The translations under genes and the position numbers were made by a program. A stretch of DNA of 64,000 nt from Pseudomonadota bacterium (GTDB taxonomy: Bacteria; Bdellovibrionota; Bdellovibrionia; Bdellovibrionales; Bdellovibrionaceae): NCBI GenBank assembly GCA_041178425.1, contig JBEGVH010000016.1:96001-160000 (forward strand), given 5' to 3'. Below the pieces are notes generated by a model that had not been told where the DNA came from, made no database searches, and saw nothing but the letters and a program-made list of their open reading frames with translations. Shown here in pieces: positions 1-11,103 of this stretch. Positions within the stretch are counted from its first letter, which is position 1. Each line of letters begins with the position of its first letter.

Positions 1-1821
<1,821 letters not shown>

Positions 1822-2006
1822 GTCAGTTAAGTCTCGGAAAACTAAGGGACTCCCCCTTGAAAAGCAATCTTAATTTAGCGACCTCACTGGGGGGCGAATA
1901 CCAATTCCCTTTTGACAAATGGATTTAATAAAAATAGACCCACCTAACTTCTCATGAGCAAACCATTTAGAATCTACGCCTTGAAACACAATGGGATTAG
2001 GCAAAA

Positions 2007-2402
2007 ATGAAATTTTTCACTTCGCTATTAATTGTATTTTTTTCGCACGTTTGTTGGGCCAAGAGCTCTTATGATTTCGGTAAAAAAACAATCCGTTTTA
2101 TCGATGCCCAGACCGGCGAAATCGCCTCGGTTCAAGAATTCGTGGTGTATCGAATTTATGATTTTCCCTGCATATTGGATGGAAGTCGTTTGTCACATTG
2201 TGTGGATGGCCCCACCGAAATTTTGCCCGTAACCAACGGTGAAGTCGTCATTGAACCTCGAAGGGTTAAAGTCAATTTTTTCTTTGCAAAGAATCCTCGA
2301 ATTGGCTTGCAGGTATCTGGCTCAAGCTTGAGTTGGTTTTCGATCGACGAGTTTAAGAATTTGCCAGACCCCTATTATGTTAAAGTCGCCTACCATCATT
2401 AA
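2007..2402 (+). CDS. hypothetical secreted protein
   Basis: 131 aa ORF, N-terminal signal-peptide-like segment, Cys pair. Confidence 0.65.
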   Translation: MKFFTSLLIVFFSHVCWAKSSYDFGKKTIRFIDAQTGEIASVQEFVVYRIYDFPCILDGSRLSHCVDGPTEILPVTNGEVVIEPRRVKVNFFFAKNPRIGLQVSGSSLSWFSIDEFKNLPDPYYVKVAYHH

Positions 2403-2577
2403 GTCGCAAAATTTTCGGCGCAACTGCCTCATCTCAGGACGACGGTTCAATCCTTAATTGTAGTATGAGAACGACTGCCATATCAAAATGATTAATTTAC
2501 GGGTAATTCACATTAGCTTCCTATTTCTCGTGCTAAAGTATTGAAGTGATTAACGGAACGTTTACGGAGGATTATCG

Positions 2578-3513
2578 ATGGGTACGCCTATGAAGATTTC
2601 TCTTCTTGTGGGAGGGCTTCTCATCTTTGCAATTTCCACCCCTCAAATTCTCTTTAGCTTCGTTTCTAGAATGGACGAACAAGAAGATCTTAGTGTTCGT
2701 TCGTCGCTTCCTGAAAATCCAGAACGGCCGCTTCGGAGAATACCAGCATCGGTCAATGCTGCCGGAGACGACCGGCTCTTAGCGTCCAATCCTAAACCAT
2801 CAATGACCTCTGCAAACTTATCGTCTGAAATTGAGTGTACCTTTACGGTTTCCACCACAGGAGATATTGCCAGTGGATTCAGGGCCATTCCAATCACGAA
2901 TGGAATTGGACAGATATCTCTCGAACACAACATGAAAACTTACCTCAAGATTGATTCAAAAAATGTCAGTTCCGTTAGGTATAGGTGTCGAAAAGAGGTT
3001 GAATGGACTCGTTTCGAAAAATCTAACGGTTCAAATCTCTTTGGAGGTTTTTATGATGATCCTACCTGTGAATTTAGGGCGTTTAAAGATGACTCCGATG
3101 AAATCGGAACCTCCTGCGTTCCGTCGAAGATCGTCATCAAAGATACGAGTTTTAACTGCCCCCTTTTGGGAAACGTGAATTCAATGACGATGTTAGCCTC
3201 CATTGAAACAAACAATCACACAAGACAAGGTTATTACTTTATCTTTACAGAGAGCCCGGACAAAGCGAAGTCTTACATTTTTTTCAATCAAAAATGGTCT
3301 GAGTTTAGCTCCTCTGAACCGATGACCCTAAACGGTTATTCAATGACATCGAGTTTTAATCCTTTTAACGTTCAAGTCTTTAACGGGAGCGACCTGAACA
3401 GTTATCGTAATTATAAGGTTTATCTAGGTTATGGCCTGGGTCACTCCATGAGCGAAGCCTTTGACGATATGAAGAGTGCTTCTCGTCACAAACTCTGTGG
3501 CACCATTGAATAA
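2578..3513 (+). CDS. hypothetical membrane-anchored or secreted Cys-containing protein
   Basis: 311 aa, GGAGG RBS, N-terminal hydrophobic segment, RIPAS motif. Confidence 0.75.
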   Translation: MGTPMKISLLVGGLLIFAISTPQILFSFVSRMDEQEDLSVRSSLPENPERPLRRIPASVNAAGDDRLLASNPKPSMTSANLSSEIECTFTVSTTGDIASGFRAIPITNGIGQISLEHNMKTYLKIDSKNVSSVRYRCRKEVEWTRFEKSNGSNLFGGFYDDPTCEFRAFKDDSDEIGTSCVPSKIVIKDTSFNCPLLGNVNSMTMLASIETNNHTRQGYYFIFTESPDKAKSYIFFNQKWSEFSSSEPMTLNGYSMTSSFNPFNVQVFNGSDLNSYRNYKVYLGYGLGHSMSEAFDDMKSASRHKLCGTIE

Positions 3514-3635
3514 AAATGATTTTAAACGATTATTTCAAGATTAATGAGGGGTTAGACACCTGTCTCAAAAGGAAACAATGGGTTTGAAATTTGTAGATAC
3601 TAACCGGACTGGAACCATGCAATCTTACTTTCTGA

Positions 3636-3669
3636 TTGAAAAGTAGTTTAATAGTTATTAAACTACTTT
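3636..3669 (+). promoter_or_regulatory. sigma70-type promoter (TTGAAA-N17-TAAACT) overlapped by a perfect 14-bp inverted repeat, a candidate operator
   Basis: AAAGTAGTTTAATA-GT-TATTAAACTACTTT at 3640-3669; -35 at 3636-3641, -10 at 3659-3664; upstream of folE. Confidence 0.75.
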
Positions 3670-3694
3670 AAGACCTTAAATGAAGGGAAGTATT

Positions 3695-4318
3695 ATGAGT
3701 AAATCAGCAGGCATTAATTTGGCGGGACCAGTGCTTTCTAAAACGATCAGTCAGGGAACTCGGGGAGCCTCCCCTGTGCAAGACTTAGTCACCAGTTTAC
3801 TTGCTTCGACAGGCGAAGACCCTCTTCGTGAAGGGCTTGCAAAAACACCGGAACGCTTTGAAAAAGCCTTCAGAGAACTCACTGCTGGATATCATATATC
3901 TCCCGCCGAAGCGATAGGGGAAGGTATCTTTTCATCGGAGGGGCCGGGCTTAATTACTGTAAAAGAAATTGAATTCTTCAGTTTATGCGAGCACCATATT
4001 TTACCGTTTTGGGGCAAGGCCTCGATTGCCTACCTTCCAAACGAGAAAATTCTCGGACTCTCCAAGTTGGCCCGAATCGTCGAGGTTTTTTCTAGGCGAT
4101 TACAGGTGCAAGAACGCTTAACAAGAGAGATTGGCGAGGCTATCCACGAGCTTCTTAAACCAAAAGCCGTTTTGGTAAAAATTGAAGCTTCACATATGTG
4201 TATGATGATGAGAGGGATTCGAAAAATCAACTCAACAACCGCTACCGAGCATTATATTGCCGGCGAATCAATTTCAGATTTTGAGAGAAGCCGGCTGTAT
4301 GATCACTGCGATTCGTAG
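3695..4318 (+). CDS. folE: GTP cyclohydrolase I
   Basis: [44 protein letters not shown] and HMCMMMRG (Zn ligands); divergent C-terminus; ATG 3695 after RBS. Confidence 0.93.
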   Translation: MSKSAGINLAGPVLSKTISQGTRGASPVQDLVTSLLASTGEDPLREGLAKTPERFEKAFRELTAGYHISPAEAIGEGIFSSEGPGLITVKEIEFFSLCEHHILPFWGKASIAYLPNEKILGLSKLARIVEVFSRRLQVQERLTREIGEAIHELLKPKAVLVKIEASHMCMMMRGIRKINSTTATEHYIAGESISDFERSRLYDHCDS

Positions 4319-4330
4319 TTGGAAATATTC

Positions 4331-4882
4331 ATGGCTAAAAAAGTTAAAAACTCAAAATTAAAATTGAACCCAAAATCGCCGTCGAGTCACCCCAGCATAG
4401 AGAATCTACGTGATCTCGAAAAGGCCGTGGGAAACTTTATGGAGTACTGGGGCTTTAAGAATATTCATGGACGAATTTGGGCTCACCTTTTCACCTCGAG
4501 CGTTCCACTAGACTCCCTTGAACTCATGAGCCGGCTTGGAGTATCCAAGGGCTTAATGAGCCTTGCCATTCGTGATCTCCAAAAATATGAAGTCATACAA
4601 GTTGACCACATCGGTAAGCACGGTTCTGTCGCTTTTGTCGCGAATCAGGACTTATTCAAGGTGATAACAAACGTACTTCAAATGCGTGAATTAAAAATGC
4701 TCGAAGAGGCTGAGAAGGCCTGTGAATCACTCAATACCCTTCGAGAACAAGATATTGAACGTTTGAATCTCAATTTGGAACGTATTCATTCAGTTAAGGA
4801 ACTCATCAAAGACTCACAAAACTTACTTCAAATGCTTATATTGCAAAATCAACTTCCTACTTGCCAGCAGGAGCAGCCATGA
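4331..4882 (+). CDS. GbsR/MarR-family transcriptional regulator
   Basis: FMEYWGFKNIHGRIWAHLF aromatic N-terminus, wHTH (LMSRLGVSKGLMSLAIRDL), C-terminal helical coil. Confidence 0.8.
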   Translation: MAKKVKNSKLKLNPKSPSSHPSIENLRDLEKAVGNFMEYWGFKNIHGRIWAHLFTSSVPLDSLELMSRLGVSKGLMSLAIRDLQKYEVIQVDHIGKHGSVAFVANQDLFKVITNVLQMRELKMLEEAEKACESLNTLREQDIERLNLNLERIHSVKELIKDSQNLLQMLILQNQLPTCQQEQP

Positions 4883-5685
4883 GTTCGCAATCACCCAAAA
4901 TTAGTCGTCGCCCTCATTTTAGAAAAGTAGCGCTAGCCCTTTGGGGTCAACATGGAGACCCTTCGGTTTATGGATTTGTTGAACTTGATGTAACTCAAAT
5001 GAAAAACAAATCAAACCTATTGGCGATGATCACAAAGGCTACTGGGCAAACCATGAAAAAAAATACTGAACTTACTTCGATGATTAAATGGGGTGGGATC
5101 ACACAACGAAAAGACTGCACAATTTCTCTCATGGTCAATATTCCAGAAACGCAAAAAGATCTTTCGGCCATGAATTTAGAAGATACTGATAGAATGACTA
5201 TCGAAGCGATACAAAACATTCTGAATTCAAAGTCTAGAGTGATACGCTCACATCAAGATCCTCACCTCGGGCCGGTTTTAAAAATTATACGATTTATACC
5301 CAGACCGATTCTAAAAATGTTTTTAGGTTTGTATTCATTTTTAATTTATGAACTGGAAACCAGACTCGGAATCACTCCTTTGCCTCTTCGTCCATTTGGT
5401 TCTGTTATTATTTCTAATGTGGGTTCGCTAGGAATAAAGAAGGCCCTTTTGCCTTTAGTACCCTTAGCAAGAGCGACGATGATGATGTCTATCGGTAAGA
5501 TCTCAAAAGAGCCAAAAGTAATCGACGAAGCTATCTGTATTCGCGAAATAGTTAACCTTGGAATTACCTTTGACCATCGCCTTTTCGACGGTTCTCACGC
5601 TGCAAAAATGCTGAATGACTTTCAGGAGTCATTCGAGGCGCTATTAAAAAATGAAAGTCTCGATGATCTCAAGGGAGTTTCTTAA
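4879..5685 (+). CDS. stand-alone 2-oxoacid dehydrogenase E2-type acyltransferase catalytic domain (no lipoyl domain)
   Basis: ISNVGSLG and TFDHRLFDG (HxxxDG) motifs; ATGA overlap with the regulator stop. Confidence 0.82.
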   Translation: MSSQSPKISRRPHFRKVALALWGQHGDPSVYGFVELDVTQMKNKSNLLAMITKATGQTMKKNTELTSMIKWGGITQRKDCTISLMVNIPETQKDLSAMNLEDTDRMTIEAIQNILNSKSRVIRSHQDPHLGPVLKIIRFIPRPILKMFLGLYSFLIYELETRLGITPLPLRPFGSVIISNVGSLGIKKALLPLVPLARATMMMSIGKISKEPKVIDEAICIREIVNLGITFDHRLFDGSHAAKMLNDFQESFEALLKNESLDDLKGVS

Positions 5686-6097
5686 TTTCAAACCACCACA
5701 AGACGAGAATCGCCTTCGAGGTCCACAAGAACGTGCGTGGCCAATTAGTTTCAATTAAACGATTGATGGTTTCTGTACTAAATCCCAAAGATAGTTGGTT
5801 ATGCAACGGTACACTAACAAAAAAAGTTAGCAGCCACAGCCCTACTACCATAGCCAAATTTATAATAGAGACTAAATGAGGCTGGAGCCAAACCAAGGAA
5901 AGTGCAGAAACTAATTCAAGTATCATCACTGGGCCCACGAGAAGTCCCATTACTGCTGAATGTCGAGCATGAAATGAAACAAAATGATCCTGTGATACAA
6001 CCAAAAAGCTTGGATACTGAATAAGCTGAATCACCCAGATGACTCCACACATATAAAAAGAACTAAGGGGAGTTATCGCAAAGATTAAAGATTTCAC
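5669..6097 (-). CDS. 4-TM membrane protein of unknown function
   Basis: Four hydrophobic segments, QLIQYP and VPLHNQL...NWPRT motifs; GTGA overlap with the upstream gene. Confidence 0.75.
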   Translation of the reverse strand: MKSLIFAITPLSSFYMCGVIWVIQLIQYPSFLVVSQDHFVSFHARHSAVMGLLVGPVMILELVSALSLVWLQPHLVSIINLAMVVGLWLLTFFVSVPLHNQLSLGFSTETINRLIETNWPRTFLWTSKAILVLWWFEIKKLP

Positions 6098-6498
6098 TTC
6101 GAGGGTCCTAAATCACAATAAGGGCTGGTCTCGCAAGATTTTCGAGGTAAAAATGGTCTCACTTTAACGAAGACTTGGTAGTTGAACTGCAGAAACTTTT
6201 TAACGCTGTTTTTGGTGGCGATTCGATGGAGCCACTGAAGCTTTTCAAGCTGCGACCAGATGAGAATAAATGCATCAACCCCAATATGGAGTTGTCCCTG
6301 CGCGTCTCTCGCATGAAGCTCTACGTTTATTTTGTGAGGATCTAAGTTTTCCTTAGCTGGGTCAAACTCCGGGTTGGCAATATCAACAAATGAGATGTTC
6401 TCGCTGCCCTTTAATTTTTTGTAGTGTTCGATCTCGGCCGAGCAAACAACGCAAAGACCATCATAAAAGACTTCAATTTTTTTAGGACTTGTTGGCAT
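6094..6498 (-). CDS. DCC1/DUF393-family thiol-disulfide oxidoreductase
   Basis: N-terminal FYDGLCVVC (DxxCxxC), FVDIA, GVDAF..IW; GAGGGG RBS. Confidence 0.88.
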   Translation of the reverse strand: MPTSPKKIEVFYDGLCVVCSAEIEHYKKLKGSENISFVDIANPEFDPAKENLDPHKINVELHARDAQGQLHIGVDAFILIWSQLEKLQWLHRIATKNSVKKFLQFNYQVFVKVRPFLPRKSCETSPYCDLGPSK

Positions 6499-6512
6499 CG
6501 TTCACCCCTCTT

Positions 6513-6536
6513 ATTGTTCATACTACCATGAACAAT
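6513..6536 (-). promoter_or_regulatory. 9-bp inverted repeat (candidate operator) over an extended -10 (TGgTAGTAT) of the DCC1 operon
   Basis: ATTGTTCAT-ACTACC-ATGAACAAT; same GTTYA-N8-TRAAC core and spacing as the folE site. Confidence 0.65.
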
Positions 6537-6702
6537 GGGCCCAAGACAAATAAAGATCTCAGAATGAGTCTTGATAGAGACCGCAAAGTGCAAATCAGAT
6601 TGGGAGGGAACCAACTTCAAGGAGTATTTTGCGGATGCGGGGCAGGACAAGGTAGAGAGCCGCCATGCTCAGTTGACTTTGGCGCCGATTAAAAGGATTT
6701 GA

Positions 6703-7200
6703 TTATTGCGACATTTTCCTAAGAAGAGACTCCGAGCTTTCAAGCCCCCAGTGCAATATTTTTTGTGAGACGGAGCAACAGCTTTTCCGGATGAAACTTT
6801 TTGCTATATTCCCATCGTCTCCTGGCACAAGAGTTAATATCCAATCTGCACTTCCTCTTTCCGTCAGCCTATAAGTGAAATTTGAATCGGTGTGATAATA
6901 GTCACCGGTCTCTTCGCCAAGTTTTTCATGGATTTTGTCTGAGGCGACTCCAAGAAGTTTTTTGCTATGAATAAGGTCCACAACCATTCTTGAACGTTCT
7001 TGTGTCGAACCACTTTTAAATTTTGATTCTGAAAAAGGTTCTTGTGGCCATAAAAAACTAGCTTCCCATAAAAAAAGCCTGTTGTTACACCAATAAAAAA
7101 TGCCGAAAACAGAAAACAATATTAACATTCCAATAAGAATTTTAAATGCCATGCTGACAGATCTTTTAAATAGGCTAGTCATATTTCTGATGGTTTTCAT
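6703..7200 (-). CDS. hypothetical membrane-anchored periplasmic protein
   Basis: 165 aa, one N-terminal TM, R..M..DL...L.G...I.EKLG motif; ATG overlaps the read-through stop of the upstream gene. Confidence 0.7.
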   Translation of the reverse strand: MKTIRNMTSLFKRSVSMAFKILIGMLILFSVFGIFYWCNNRLFLWEASFLWPQEPFSESKFKSGSTQERSRMVVDLIHSKKLLGVASDKIHEKLGEETGDYYHTDSNFTYRLTERGSADWILTLVPGDDGNIAKSFIRKSCCSVSQKILHWGLESSESLLRKMSQ

Positions 7201-8549
7201 CTGAGGATCCTTAGATTGCCCCTTTTTATTTCCTCAATGGCTTTTTCGTACAACTCGGCGTTTTCAAATTGGCTTTTTTGCAAGATTGACTTTGCTGCCT
7301 GAATACCTCGCTCATTATTAAACTCGTCCATTGTTTATTCTTCTAAAGATTGTCTTGGATTTAATTCATGTGCGTTCAGGAATTTTCGTGCGGGTTCTTC
7401 ACCTAAATCTCTTGTTAAAAGCCCCGCCCAAACAAAATGCCTAAAGGAGTCAGCAGCTCCATTGATTCCGGAATGAGGAAAAAATTGATCGCCATTCTTT
7501 TCTGCCAAAAAGGCATTGTAAAACACAACTGCGGCTTCAATCGGATTTTGCTTAACTAAATCTTTTTCGCTGGGATTTAGGGTGGGGTACTGTGAGCTGA
7601 GGTAGCCCAGTAATTTTAGAGCCTGCTCTTCTAATATTTTCTGTATTTCATCTCCGTAAGGAAAAACGGAAGCTAAAATTATAGGTTGGACGTCGTCTCG
7701 AACAGGTCGTAGATAATATTTTGTAGCCTGGAAGGTTTTGATGGCATTGGTAGGATTGTAGAAAGTAATAACTTGCGACTCATAACCATTGCTAGATGTC
7801 GTAGCAGAAATACCAGTTCCGGGCAGCTTCGACACCAAGTTATTTTCAAGTGGCGTAAAACTCGACCGCTTGTTTTCAATTATCTTTTTGAATTCTTTAA
7901 ACGAATAATAGTTTCCTTTAACGAGATGAGCTGCCTCTTTAATTTTTTGCGGTGTTATCTCATCAACAATCTGAGATTTCAATCGGGAAGGCAACGTTAA
8001 AGGTGCCGTCGGAGAGACTTGTTTAACCAATTCTTTTAAAGAATCAGGATATTCATCATAGTAAGTTTCGTTTTCAAGATTCCATATGAGTTCTTGAACT
8101 CTTTGAGTGTTGGTCCCGGGGTTCTTCGCATAAAAGTCGAGAACCTCTTTTATGAGTGAAATTTTTGAAGTTCCTTGAGCCCATTTGAATATTTCCTTTT
8201 GCTCAGGTGTAGCCTTTCCAGAAGATGCGTAAAAAGAAGCTATAACAACTCGAGTTTTAGAATAAGGGGCAAGAGTGATTTTATTTTCGCCCCCTGCCTT
8301 TTTTAAATTGTTGTATGCAATTAGAATTTTAACAAGATATTGTTGATTTTCTGTTTTTTTGAAATCGCTTATTTTTTTAAGGTCATCTCGAAGCTTCTTG
8401 GCATCTGCAAATTCGAATTCATGTTTATAAGCAGGGATACTCTCTACTAATTCTCCGATGAATTCTTTATGTGCACATGAAGCCATTGCAATAAAAGCTG
8501 CAGCGAATACTGTGACATTAAATAATCGGGAAAATTTTGTTCGAATCAT
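7197..8549 (-). pseudogene. lipoprotein with C-terminal DUF6973-like (D.FRH..W...AHE...MD..NN..G) domain, interrupted by in-frame TAA at 7335-7337
   Basis: Lipobox-like MASC; after the TAA the frame continues as TMDEFNNERGIQAAK...LRILR to TGA 7197-7199, which forms an ATGA overlap with the next gene. Confidence 0.75.
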
Positions 8550-8715
8550 AGGTAGTCAATCTATATTTTAGCATCCCTTTGAATCAACAAAAATAGAATG
8601 AAAAACTTCGATTTAGCGGCTAGAAACCAAAGACCTGTGACATTGAATGGTCTCATTGATCGCTTCAGAATGGAAACAAACTTCCGCTCTTAATAAATCA
8701 CATCAAAAACTCCCT

Positions 8716-9014
8716 TCAATGGGCATGGTCAATCGCTACTTGTCTGCGTAATTTCAGAATATCAATATTTTCAGTTTTTGTAATGAGACCTCTATTGAAA
8801 GCTTGAGTAACGGCTTGTTCAACAAATTCCTTCGATGTTTCACTACTAAAAGAATCAGTGAGAGTTCGCATTGGAGAAGTCACTCTAATGCCATTTGGGA
8901 CTCACGAGAGTTGGGGAGGTTTTTAAGACGATAGATTCCCGCGCCTTCATGGAGCCAGCTCCCTGATTTCACATGGTAGGTAAAATTCGTTGGAAGAAAA
9001 CCGCTCTGGGCTAC
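8716..9014 (-). pseudogene. collapsed relic of an AbiEi/AbiEii-like (type IV toxin-antitoxin) locus
   Basis: Manual translation: AQSGFLPTNFTYHVKSGSWLHEGAGIYRLKNLP (AbiEi N-term-like), frameshift, GIRVTSPMRTLTD...EQAVTQAFNRGLITK (AbiEi C-term-like), then DILKLRRQVAID (AbiEii N-term-like). Confidence 0.6.
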
Positions 9015-9237
9015 TGGTAAAACTACGCAAAACACTTATGAAATGGAGGACAGAAATCCTTCACTATTTTGAAACAGGATTGATGAATGCAAGAACAGAG
9101 GGCTACAACCGACGCGCAAAGGGCGAACAATACAACGCTTTTGGAGTTCGCAGTCTTATTAACTATAGACTTCGATTACTAAATATTTAAGATGTTTGAG
9201 ATTTTGAGTGTGTTCCACCATCGACCGAGTAGAATCC
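9014..9237 (+). mobile_element. ISL3-family transposase C-terminal remnant with probable right end
   Basis: LRKTLMKWRTEILHYF...NARTEGYNRRAK...AFGVRSLINYRLRLL (stop 9190); putative terminal ...CCACCATCGACCGAGTAGAATCC ending at 9237. Confidence 0.85.
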
Positions 9238-9262
9238 CAACTACTTGAAATAGTTAGAAAAT

Positions 9263-9339
<77 letters not shown>

Positions 9340-9584
9340 ACATATCGGACGCAGAACGACCTTCTAAATCGAAATAGTCGCCCCTGTCAATTAGCGACCA
9401 CGCGTTTCGCAGGAGAATTTTTCTAAGATTGACAGTTTTGCTCATTCATTCTGCAATCAACCTATTGGCTTCTCGGCTTTGCAGCTAATTTGAGCTGAAT
9501 ACACCGCCTTAGCGGGCCCTTAACTTCCATTTTGGCTTCAATATTGGCCAGAAAAAGGATTTTTGGAATAATTACGGAGGATAG

Positions 9585-11057
9585 ATGAAGAAATTAATCA
9601 CCTGTGGCCTAACTCTGATTCTGGGAGCCTGTAACCCAACTCTCAACAAGGGCGGGTTCGGAATCAACAAAGATCAAAAAAAACCCTCAGATATAGCTAT
9701 CGAAGGCCAAAATTCTCCAACCATTACCGTCACTAATCTAAAGGGCGATCCTTTAGAGGGGGCCCAAATTCTCTTTGGAAACAGACTGGGGCAGCCCTTT
9801 ATTAATAATTTAATTGAAACCAATCGCTCTGGCCATGCCCCAATTCCAAAAGAATGGAATGCTCCCATTGCGGTGACTGTTAATTATCCGGGACATATGC
9901 GAGTCACGTACCTCAATGTGGCCCCTGGACCGCTCAACTTTAAACTTCGACCCCTCGAAAAAAACCAGCGAATTGAAGTCTCTGGAACAACCACCGGATT
10001 CGGCACACTAAAATCTAATAATATCGCTGATTTTGGACTCGTCATTAACTCATTAACTAAACGTGATTTGTTTTCGTTTAGCTTGGATAAAATAATCAGT
10101 ACCGACATGGATACACTAGAAATTGCGGGTCAATCAGCTGAGGTCCCAAGCAATATTACCTTTCCACGACAAAAAGAATCCTATTTTATTCCTGTGGTCA
10201 TCGAGAAAGAACGATACCGAATTTACTACGGTGAGATTGGGCACAAAAAATTGTATGCTCTCCATGGAAAGTTTCCATTTAAGGAAGTTGTCGATCAAAT
10301 TCGACAAAAAGTTCCCTTTCCTAATCTCGTGAACTACTTTCATTTTGCCAGCGGCTCCGTGAAAGAGGTTCTTCTCGATGGTCCCTTACAACTTAATCTA
10401 CCAGTGAACGAAATGGTCTTTAATAGTGAGGATCATATCACTCCACCTGTCGTGGGTGATGACAAAGTTATGCTGGCGATTTCCCTTTTTGAGCGAGGTG
10501 GATACCTTTACCCCACGGCACTTCACAAGGTAGAAGACTCTCAACCTTTCACCCTTAGAGGATTAGACAAAGCCAATCGACTTTTCCTATCGATGTTGGC
10601 AAGAGCAAGTGATTTTAATACTCGGAGACCCGCTCAAGAAGCTGTAAGCGTTGAACTCGTGCAACAAAAGCAATACCACACCCCTGAGTTTATAGATATT
10701 TTTTCTCAACCAACGGCAACCCCAGAGGGGTGGGAGACACAGGCTCCGCAAGCTCCAAAAACTGTAATTCCTTTAACAACTTATTCAGTACTTTCAACAG
10801 TCACTAAAAGTGGTAAACAAAAAACTATTACTCGCGAGTGGGAAGTGTTCGCTGGTGAATGGAGAGACTCTGTGGCCCTACCAGAATGGCCCTCAGATAC
10901 AATTATCGAAAGCACAACACCTTCAACTGGCCTGCGTTGGGAAGTCAGCTACATCGGAACAAATCAAAAACTACCTATTCCAGTCGCTGCTCAATTTGGC
11001 CCCGATGTTGTTGATTACTCAACTCATATTAGTTTCAATAGTATAGAATTTCAGTGA
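9585..11057 (+). CDS. hypothetical lipoprotein
   Basis: 490 aa, lipobox LGAC, GGAGG RBS, beta-rich. Confidence 0.8.
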   Translation: MKKLITCGLTLILGACNPTLNKGGFGINKDQKKPSDIAIEGQNSPTITVTNLKGDPLEGAQILFGNRLGQPFINNLIETNRSGHAPIPKEWNAPIAVTVNYPGHMRVTYLNVAPGPLNFKLRPLEKNQRIEVSGTTTGFGTLKSNNIADFGLVINSLTKRDLFSFSLDKIISTDMDTLEIAGQSAEVPSNITFPRQKESYFIPVVIEKERYRIYYGEIGHKKLYALHGKFPFKEVVDQIRQKVPFPNLVNYFHFASGSVKEVLLDGPLQLNLPVNEMVFNSEDHITPPVVGDDKVMLAISLFERGGYLYPTALHKVEDSQPFTLRGLDKANRLFLSMLARASDFNTRRPAQEAVSVELVQQKQYHTPEFIDIFSQPTATPEGWETQAPQAPKTVIPLTTYSVLSTVTKSGKQKTITREWEVFAGEWRDSVALPEWPSDTIIESTTPSTGLRWEVSYIGTNQKLPIPVAAQFGPDVVDYSTHISFNSIEFQ

Positions 11058-11103
11058 TGCTAACGAGGGGTCAAAACCTGACCCCCTCAAAACTGGTACA
11101 GTT

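Noticed and set aside
1936..2006. GCAAACCATT...GAAA...AATGGGA...GCAAAA resembling a c-di-GMP-I riboswitch
   Set aside because: P2 pairing around GAAA is poor, and no P3 stem fits before the start codon at 2007
6571..6703. Short plus-strand frame (…DWEGTNFKEYFADAGQDKVESR…) as a gene remnant
   Set aside because: No clear RBS or recognisable family; cannot support
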